Of a stretch of DNA of 64,000 nucleotides, positions 57,164 through 64,000 are shown piece by piece. How positions within the stretch are numbered: position 1 is the stretch's first letter; each line of letters begins with the position of its first letter. Origin of the DNA: a virus; the IMG/VR virus record IMGVR_UViG_3300027749_000100, positions 6,470 to 70,469 of that record. One strand, given 5' to 3'. A program made the translations under genes and the position numbers. The notes beneath the pieces are model-generated. The model saw only the letters and a list, made by a program, of their open reading frames with translations. It was not told the origin of the DNA and searched no databases.

Positions 57164-58621
57164 TTATGATCCCAATGTAACAATTGACAGTCCACCGAGT
57201 TTTGTCTTGATCCTCGGGGTTTCCGTAGCAATCCATTGCCGATGCTCTGCAATCGTCGATCCATATGGCCCCTGTGGGTTATAGGAAAACGAACTTGACA
57301 GGCCGTCCCGACTTGTAGACTGGCTTCCCAGTCCCCCCTGATATCCCCGTTGTGCTTCAATCAGGATGCTTGCAGCAGCAGTTCTTGCAATAAGTTCACG
57401 AACTATTGCTCGATCCCGATCAAGAAGATCAGGCAATCCTATGGTTGCAGAATAATTCCAAAATGCCGGAATATTGCCAAATCCATAAAACATGTAGAAT
57501 GGAGCAAGCATGGGATGCGTGAATACTGTCCATTGCGCAATGCTTCCAAGGGATGGCACAAGTGTTACAAATCCACTGATCCTGTCAACAGTGGTTGTGA
57601 ACCACTGACTTTGCACTTGAATTAATTTGTCAACTTGATGCAAACCATACAAGTCATGAATTTTCAAGACCCATTGATACGGTAACTTGAAATTTGGCCA
57701 ACTCAGTCCGCCTGTAGGCACAAAATAATCCGACGCCCTGCCTATCCTGTCCCAATGATCGTGCATGTGATTTTGCACAGCAGCATCTCCGGCACGCAAC
57801 GGCATTGTTGTATACAGGTAGGGTTCAAGAGGAAACCCCAGTTGCGACTCGATGGAACCCATGGCATTGTCAATGCGACGATAAATCAATCCGTCAGTCA
57901 TCTCGTTTTGCACAACAAGGATTTTTTCATTGACACTTGCAGTGGGAAGCAAAATGGGATCAACAGTTACCGAAATGTAATTGGCATCTCCCTCGTCCAT
58001 GAGCAGGTAGGAAGTTTTGGTGTCTGATGAAACCATGACGGATGATCCACCATCCCATGACAATAACCATGACCCGGAGGAATATGCCAAGACTAATGAT
58101 TTGATTCCTAGAGATGTATCTGATGACAATTCATCAATGGTGACACCTGTGATTGCCTTGGGCTGAAATTTGACGCCGGTTATTTCCGATGTCCTGAGCG
58201 GAACACCGTAACACCAATCGTCCCTTATTTCTCTCATGGTTACTATGGATATGCGTATGGGAACTCTTGCATACCATGCTAGCGAAGAATTTGCGACAGA
58301 AGAAACCCTGACGAGATATTCCCCGGCCAGCAACCTTGCAATGCCATCAGCATCAACGTCGTCGATTCCAATGGTAAATGATGCCCTCAGATATCCGTTT
58401 GAGGCATCAGTGCTTGTGGCAGTAACAATAGTACTCATTACCGTTGAATATGCGTCCGGCCAATTCAACGACCGCTCTCTTCGCACTTCAAACTTGTACT
58501 GCTCTCCAAGCACGATTGTTCCTGCCGTTACCCGCATGGTAACAGTAATTACTTTCATGTCTGAGCGATATTTGCAATATTCTGTTTTGTCCGTACTTAT
58601 TGCTGCATTTGTTACTGGCAT
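57164..58621 (-). CDS. Head-tail adaptor / neck protein with N-terminal extension
   Basis: IDNAMGSIESQLG..L.P, IPAFW.Y...GL and G.GSQSTSRDGLSSSFSY...YG motifs of myophage neck-1 proteins. Confidence 0.7.
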   Translation of the reverse strand: MPVTNAAISTDKTEYCKYRSDMKVITVTMRVTAGTIVLGEQYKFEVRRERSLNWPDAYSTVMSTIVTATSTDASNGYLRASFTIGIDDVDADGIARLLAGEYLVRVSSVANSSLAWYARVPIRISIVTMREIRDDWCYGVPLRTSEITGVKFQPKAITGVTIDELSSDTSLGIKSLVLAYSSGSWLLSWDGGSSVMVSSDTKTSYLLMDEGDANYISVTVDPILLPTASVNEKILVVQNEMTDGLIYRRIDNAMGSIESQLGFPLEPYLYTTMPLRAGDAAVQNHMHDHWDRIGRASDYFVPTGGLSWPNFKLPYQWVLKIHDLYGLHQVDKLIQVQSQWFTTTVDRISGFVTLVPSLGSIAQWTVFTHPMLAPFYMFYGFGNIPAFWNYSATIGLPDLLDRDRAIVRELIARTAAASILIEAQRGYQGGLGSQSTSRDGLSSSFSYNPQGPYGSTIAEHRQWIATETPRIKTKLGGLSIVTLGS

Positions 58622-58652
58622 TTTAATCCGTCTTCATGTATTTGTATGAATA

Positions 58653-59240
58653 TTAAAGTTTATTGCTATTTAACCAATCCTCGTATTCTTGATCTTCATT
58701 TACGGGTACTTGTGAGGTATTGACAATAGTCTCATCATACCATTCTTCATCTTCATTCTCTACTGCTTGTATTTTTTCGGCAATTAAATTGACATTGTTC
58801 TCCAGTGATTTCATCATCCTGTTTACACAGTAATCAGCATCCTGAGTTATTTCTTTGCCGTCAAAATGGAACACCATGTATCCTTTTGATTGCAGCCATG
58901 CGTCTTTCCGGCGATCTTTCATCTTGGCTTTGGTGCTGCTGTGCCAGAATTCGCCATCTGCTTCCACGCAGGCCATGTAATCGGGCAGAAGAAAATCAAT
59001 TGACCAAGGACCAATGCTTGCTTGCTCTATAAAATTAATCCCCTTCCTTAGCAACGCATACCGTAATTGATTTTCAATGCCGGTTGCCTTTTGCAAGGAG
59101 GGGGATTTCGGTGTTTGATTTGACCAAGGGTTTCTGGCAAGGTTTCCTTGCCGCTGGCGCGTATTTGATGAAGAGTTCACCGAGCGCATCCCGGAAACCT
59201 TTGGTTCCCGAGATGCACGAACGCCTATCCGTTCATCCAT
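58653..59240 (-). CDS. DUF559/Vsr-like PD-(D/E)xK endonuclease domain protein
   Basis: T.IE..L...L......F.EQ..IGPWSIDF......VEADGEFWH......DRRKDAWL...GY.V.HF. Confidence 0.8.
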   Translation of the reverse strand: MDERIGVRASREPKVSGMRSVNSSSNTRQRQGNLARNPWSNQTPKSPSLQKATGIENQLRYALLRKGINFIEQASIGPWSIDFLLPDYMACVEADGEFWHSSTKAKMKDRRKDAWLQSKGYMVFHFDGKEITQDADYCVNRMMKSLENNVNLIAEKIQAVENEDEEWYDETIVNTSQVPVNEDQEYEDWLNSNKL

Positions 59241-59249
59241 GAAAAACGC

Positions 59250-60899
59250 TCATGTTCCGGATTTCCTCAGTGGCTGGTCAACCCTTGCAACCCTTCTCTC
59301 CACTTCGTATCTCGGGATGCCAATCTCCTTGGCTAACAATTCAATCAGATAGTCATCAGACCTGTATGTTGATTGTGATTTGCCAAGGGATGATTGCATT
59401 GGCTGCGGATACATCTTGAATGGGAATGGAGTGTTCTCCATTGAGGTAAATGATTTATGGTTTGCTGCAAAAGGGTTTGATGTGTCAATGGCTGCTACCC
59501 GTTTATCAGCACTGAGTTTTTCGATTCTTTGAACGCGTTTTTTTGCACTAGGATCAGTAAGATAGTCAGAAATGGGACGCATTGGGAATATCCCTGCGTT
59601 CGGTTCTTCGTCTTCGCCTTCCTTGAATTTGTACCAAGGCTTGACCTCTGATTCACCCTCAGTTTCTTGTTTTTCTTTTGCATCTGCTATATCGTCATCT
59701 TGAAGTTTACCAAGCACTGTTTTGCCATCCGTGACTTTTTTCGGTACAAATGAAAACCATTTCCCGCCCTCCTTGTATGTGGCTACTGGTCGCCCACCAC
59801 CCTGTCCTGTATTCGGCTCTCCAGTTTTTGGGGGTTTGCCAATGTCTGCCAACTCTTCAGTCAGCTCCTTGTCGGAGCTACTCCTTCCATACTTTTTTGG
59901 CTCTTTCCGTCTATCTTCTGCCATGTCCCTGGCCTCACTTTCCACTTTGCCGTCGTACAAGGCTTCTCTGACCCGCTTGCTTCTTTCCGAAGTTCCCATT
60001 TTCGCTGCCATCTGCCCTTCGACGTATTCTTTATCGTCAGGGTGGATACCACTTTGGTATGGCCCTCGAACACGTAATCCCATCGTTTCAGCAGCCTGCA
60101 GTTTTGCACTGCCACGACGATCCGCACGCACGGCTGCGGCTCTATTTGCCGCTCCAGCCGCGTATGTATCCGACGCTTTTTTGTCTGCTGTTGATTCTGC
60201 TATATTTGCAGTTCTTAGTTCTGCTCGTTGGGCTGGAGTCATGGCATCCCGTTTCAATTCCTCCGGTGTATCTTGCGTCGGATTCAGTCTCGTTAAAGGC
60301 TCCATGCGCTTCACGGATTCTCCCGGTTCCGGACGACGTGTCCCTGAAGTAGTGTCAAATTCAAACAGTGGTGCGCTTGGGCTAAGTGCTGATCTTCTGC
60401 CCTCTGGACCTTTATAGGGTCGGGGTCTATCCCTACTTTCATAATCTTTTATATCTGTTTCAGTTAGACCTCGTCCACCAACTGCCGCTTTCATTAACAT
60501 TGACTTTACAAGGCGAACCAGATTTTTACCGTTCCATCGTCCACCCTGCTCGTTATAGGAAAAGAAAACCCACTCGCTTTTCTGCAAGGATCGCTCCTTA
60601 CCGAATTTGAAATCGCCATAATCCTCAATGATATCAAACAATTCCAGATCTGTCGGCCTTGGCGGAGATCCGCTCTTTGCAAATAATTCAAGATACCCCA
60701 ATTTCAATGCGTTTGGGGTTACCGACTTCTTCATGGTCTTTTCCTTCTTTTTCTTTTTCTTTTTCTTATCGGGATCAGTACCCAATGACTCGCCTCCAAT
60801 GAAAACAGTTCCTTGCATCAAATCCAATTCTGCCTTGGAACTTGGCGATAATGTACCAGTAATGTTGTTTGACTTTGAAACTCTTGTCCTTGTAGACAT
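59250..60899 (-). CDS. Charged low-complexity protein, putative internal head protein
   Basis: AAGGAG RBS, poly-Lys tract, about nine K-S/K-A motifs. Confidence 0.6.
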   Translation of the reverse strand: MSTRTRVSKSNNITGTLSPSSKAELDLMQGTVFIGGESLGTDPDKKKKKKKKEKTMKKSVTPNALKLGYLELFAKSGSPPRPTDLELFDIIEDYGDFKFGKERSLQKSEWVFFSYNEQGGRWNGKNLVRLVKSMLMKAAVGGRGLTETDIKDYESRDRPRPYKGPEGRRSALSPSAPLFEFDTTSGTRRPEPGESVKRMEPLTRLNPTQDTPEELKRDAMTPAQRAELRTANIAESTADKKASDTYAAGAANRAAAVRADRRGSAKLQAAETMGLRVRGPYQSGIHPDDKEYVEGQMAAKMGTSERSKRVREALYDGKVESEARDMAEDRRKEPKKYGRSSSDKELTEELADIGKPPKTGEPNTGQGGGRPVATYKEGGKWFSFVPKKVTDGKTVLGKLQDDDIADAKEKQETEGESEVKPWYKFKEGEDEEPNAGIFPMRPISDYLTDPSAKKRVQRIEKLSADKRVAAIDTSNPFAANHKSFTSMENTPFPFKMYPQPMQSSLGKSQSTYRSDDYLIELLAKEIGIPRYEVERRVARVDQPLRKSGT

Positions 60900-60962
60900 C
60901 CGCGCACTCCTTTTATTTAAAAAGATTATATCAATATAGCAAAATAATTATTGCTCACTCAA

Positions 60963-61802
60963 TTAAATAAGGGTCTTGGGAACAGGCGGCAATGTCTTAC
61001 CGTATGTTTCATGATGCCAATACGGTTCAGTTCTTCCCCCGTTCATTTTTGAAATATGCTGATGAATTTGCGATTGCGTTGATTCAGGATGAAATTCAAG
61101 GACTCTTCTTTCATTTGAGTTTGGCTCAACCGGTCTGCCTGCAGAAGATCTTGATTCTGGCCGCTCAAATACATAATCTCCTGTATCCCGGTCTCGTGGA
61201 AACGCCCTGTTTCGACCACCATTCAGGGATGACAATACGTTGTTTGCCATTCCTCCTACCTCACTGAGAAATTTACCCATTCCTTTTCGAGGAACTCTTT
61301 CAATCCTTACCTTTGGATTTTTTTGCAATTGATGATTTCCGTCATTTCCCATGATCTGATAATTTATATGTTGCCCAAATAGTTTTTCTGATTCTTTATT
61401 TATTTTTGGAACATGAATATCAGAAATGTCTCCTAATGTATCGTTCAAATGTTCTGCGTGTGCTCGAATTGCATCATTTCCATAATGCGAATACACTGCT
61501 TTTGGATCCTGATGTAATTTGCCTGACTTATCAATTCCATGAAATGAATACCACTTGCCGTCATCATGCAGGGCAAAAGGAACTTGAGTAGTAGTATTGC
61601 CAACCTTTATGGTTTTATTGATTATTTTTTGCCCTCTGTACTCAACAATGGTTGACTTTCCATTTGGATGCCACAATGCACCTATGGACTTCGGAGCAAT
61701 TCCTTTTTCCTCATTTCCCTCGTGATAATCACGCAGTGTAGCGCCGAGATCTTTTCTTCTCATCTCGGCGTTTGTCAAAGACTTTTTGAAATACAGGGAC
61801 AT
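60963..61802 (-). CDS. Basic His-rich protein, putative internal head protein
   Basis: Start MSLYFKKSL immediately after the upstream stop codon. Confidence 0.55.
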   Translation of the reverse strand: MSLYFKKSLTNAEMRRKDLGATLRDYHEGNEEKGIAPKSIGALWHPNGKSTIVEYRGQKIINKTIKVGNTTTQVPFALHDDGKWYSFHGIDKSGKLHQDPKAVYSHYGNDAIRAHAEHLNDTLGDISDIHVPKINKESEKLFGQHINYQIMGNDGNHQLQKNPKVRIERVPRKGMGKFLSEVGGMANNVLSSLNGGRNRAFPRDRDTGDYVFERPESRSSAGRPVEPNSNERRVLEFHPESTQSQIHQHISKMNGGRTEPYWHHETYGKTLPPVPKTLI

Positions 61803-61803
61803 G

Positions 61804-63108
61804 TTAGCGACCTGACAGTTTTGACTGTGCAATCTTCAGCGCTTTGTTTACCGTGTTTTTTCCATACGACTTCACAAGGAAATCAATGTCGTCCGAAGTA
61901 GATGGCACTTCATTATTCATCATGCTCAAAATTTCTTCGGTGGCAAAAGACAACTTTGTTCCAAACGGAGTAGCCATGCTTTTCAACGCTGGTTGCTGTA
62001 GCCTTGAAGGCGCTACGTTTTCTCTTGGCGGAGGTGTAGCGGCAATTCTTGCCACTGGCGCAGGAGGCCTCGTCGGTGCTGGACGCTGTGCATTCTCCCT
62101 GTCGCCCGGAGATGCTGCGGGTATGGATGATCGTTGCCCACCGATTTTGTTGGGTGACGGCGTAGCGCCCGCTGCGCTTGCTGCAACCGGACTCTTTGGC
62201 GGCCCAGATCCATTGATCGACTGCAATCTGCGAAACTCATTCTGATCAGTTCCCGTAAATGTCGGGTTCGGATTCTTGTCTGTCTTCATCGATGCCACAA
62301 CACCCTGCATCGCTCCATGCAATTGCACCGGATTCATGTCACCAGACTTTAATCTATTCAACACAGTGGTTGGCAACCTCCGCATCAAATCTCGAACAGG
62401 AATTCCTCCAATGGTTCCCCCTCCACTCGCATACTGCCCAACAGCACCGTTGAGGTTGGAACCTTGCTGGGCGACGCTTGTCAGAAGCTGATGAACGGCC
62501 ATCATCGATTGTCTTGGATCAACGGCCGGACGGTTGTTCCTCCCAAGCGGGCCGGGATTTCTGGGATCTATGGTGGCTTTCTTGAGATTTTTCTTGCTTG
62601 CTTCTGGCTTCTTCTTTGCATCATTGGCTTGTTTTTCCTTGCGCAATTTTGCAATATCCTTGTCACGATCCTCGGGATGCTTGGTATGCGATTCCGTTGC
62701 GATACGATACAGTCCATTCGCCATGCGCTGCAGAACTACTGATCTGCCATGCAGACCCGACTTCTCATTGTTGATATTCATCAAGACGTAGCTCATGAGA
62801 TCCGGGCCTTCCCAGTCCGGCATGCCAGAACTGAGCATCGGCATGGGAAGCGGTTGGTCATATGTACGACCCATGGGAACAGATTTGTTGAACGACTTTT
62901 TCTTTTCCGTTTTCATATTGCGAATTGCCATTCGTTTTTCCTCTGGAGTCATCGTGTTCATATCATCATCGGAAGTTTCGTCCTTGGACAATTTTTCCTT
63001 GGACTGTACATCGTCAAATGATTTATTGTGAACCACATTACCCGAAAATTCCTTTCCGGATCCCCTGACTCCATCGTTTCCTATGATGCCCTTTTTCAAC
63101 AGAACCAT
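61804..63108 (-). CDS. Pro/Lys-rich protein, putative internal head protein
   Basis: GAGGAG RBS; repeated NKSF, NKSV, KKAT, LKSM, VKSY and NKAL motifs. Confidence 0.6.
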   Translation of the reverse strand: MVLLKKGIIGNDGVRGSGKEFSGNVVHNKSFDDVQSKEKLSKDETSDDDMNTMTPEEKRMAIRNMKTEKKKSFNKSVPMGRTYDQPLPMPMLSSGMPDWEGPDLMSYVLMNINNEKSGLHGRSVVLQRMANGLYRIATESHTKHPEDRDKDIAKLRKEKQANDAKKKPEASKKNLKKATIDPRNPGPLGRNNRPAVDPRQSMMAVHQLLTSVAQQGSNLNGAVGQYASGGGTIGGIPVRDLMRRLPTTVLNRLKSGDMNPVQLHGAMQGVVASMKTDKNPNPTFTGTDQNEFRRLQSINGSGPPKSPVAASAAGATPSPNKIGGQRSSIPAASPGDRENAQRPAPTRPPAPVARIAATPPPRENVAPSRLQQPALKSMATPFGTKLSFATEEILSMMNNEVPSTSDDIDFLVKSYGKNTVNKALKIAQSKLSGR

Positions 63109-63121
63109 TACATTCTCCTCT

Positions 63122-63979
63122 TTATAAATTAATGACAGGATCTTTGGGCTTTCCGGCCCAAGCGTTTCCTCTTGGAACCTGATCGCCCGTGTGTTCGCCC
63201 TCGAATAACTGCACAGGACTTGTTACTCCCGGCAATGTTATGGGAGTTTTTTTGCTTGCAGTAGTTGCAGCAGCTACTCGATTCATATTTATACCTGATT
63301 GTTTTGCTTGATAAGCCTGTGTTCTTGTCATTGATCTTGCCGAAAAAGGAGTTGAAAGAGAAGACTGTCTTCCGGGAGCCACAATTGCTTCTGGTGAACT
63401 CAATGCTTTCTTTATTCTTTTTGCCAGACTTCTCTGAAGATGCACTGATGTTCGATCATAAGGATTATTTGGTTTTTCAGGAGCTGCCTGAGTATTTATT
63501 GCATCGTGAACTGCTCGGGCAGCATCGCCTATTCTTTGTCCCGCTCCTCTTGGCTTTTTTGGCATCCCTGCATAATTATTTTGAATGCCAATTTCTCCAA
63601 TCATTTTTGCATCATGTCCAAAAGTGTTTCTCGATTGAAAATTCCCACCTGCCGGTGCGGTTGTTGTTGCTTGTGCTGATACGTTTGGTTTTGCCTGTGC
63701 TGGTGCGGCTGGTTTCCCCTGTGCTGGTGCGGCTGGTTTCCCCTGTGCTGGTGCGGCTGGTTTCCCCTGTGCTGGTGCGGTTGGTTCTTCTAAGGGAATT
63801 GGATCGTCCGCAAATCCTCCGCGACTTTTTGGTGCTACTTTTCTATACTCTGCATACTTACGATTTAGTAGTTCTTGCGCCCTAGGGTTTGTTTGCCTTG
63901 CACCAGTGTCGGGATGCAAAAAATTGCCGTCTGCATCCCAACTCGGTTCACGGACAACAGCTTTATTTAATGTTTTTTT
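63122..63979 (-). CDS. Pro/Ala-rich protein; probably the 3' part of a gene entering from beyond the window across an A9 run
   Basis: Frame is open from 63979; the annotated TTG start at 63919 lacks an RBS. Confidence 0.5.
   Translation of the reverse strand, partial: KKTLNKAVVREPSWDADGNFLHPDTGARQTNPRAQELLNRKYAEYRKVAPKSRGGFADDPIPLEEPTAPAQGKPAAPAQGKPAAPAQGKPAAPAQAKPNVSAQATTTAPAGGNFQSRNTFGHDAKMIGEIGIQNNYAGMPKKPRGAGQRIGDAARAVHDAINTQAAPEKPNNPYDRTSVHLQRSLAKRIKKALSSPEAIVAPGRQSSLSTPFSARSMTRTQAYQAKQSGINMNRVAAATTASKKTPITLPGVTSPVQLFEGEHTGDQVPRGNAWAGKPKDPVINL
63695..63780 (-). repeat. 24-nt tandem repeat x3.5 encoding PAAPAQGK
   Basis: CTGTGCTGGTGCGGCTGGTTTCCC repeated on the + strand. Confidence 0.9.
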
Positions 63980-64000
63980 TTAAAAGATTTATTGACTGCT

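Noticed and set aside
58653-59240. Homing endonuclease within an intron or intein
   Set aside because: It is a free-standing ORF, the flanking genes look intact, and no splice motifs were seen.

Overview
This 64-kb window is the morphogenesis region of a large contractile-tailed (myovirus-type) bacteriophage. Essentially all real genes are on the minus strand. Read from right to left, the region encodes: low-complexity, KS/KA-motif-rich putative internal head proteins; a DUF559/Vsr-like nuclease; two neck proteins; a separately promoted Rad52/Sak-like gene flanked by structured RNA elements; then prohead protease, poly-Asp scaffold and major capsid protein, resembling the SPO1/Twort (Herelleviridae)-type head module. 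A ~24-kb block of fibre/adhesin genes follows, then tail completion, sheath, tube, a chaperone pair with a candidate +1 frameshift, tape measure with an M23-like tip, hub, spike, LysM proteins, baseplate J and I, and tail fibres. The most striking feature is a set of 42 near-identical ~46-aa (138-nt) beta-propeller blades in three genes. They always occur in multiples of seven and have a fixed framework with two hypervariable loops. Whole 7-blade cassettes are inserted into fibre shafts and even inside an older, divergent propeller, which suggests a modular receptor-diversification system. No portal, terminase, tRNA, CRISPR array or reverse transcriptase was recognised. All calls come from reading motifs and gene order; no database search was run.
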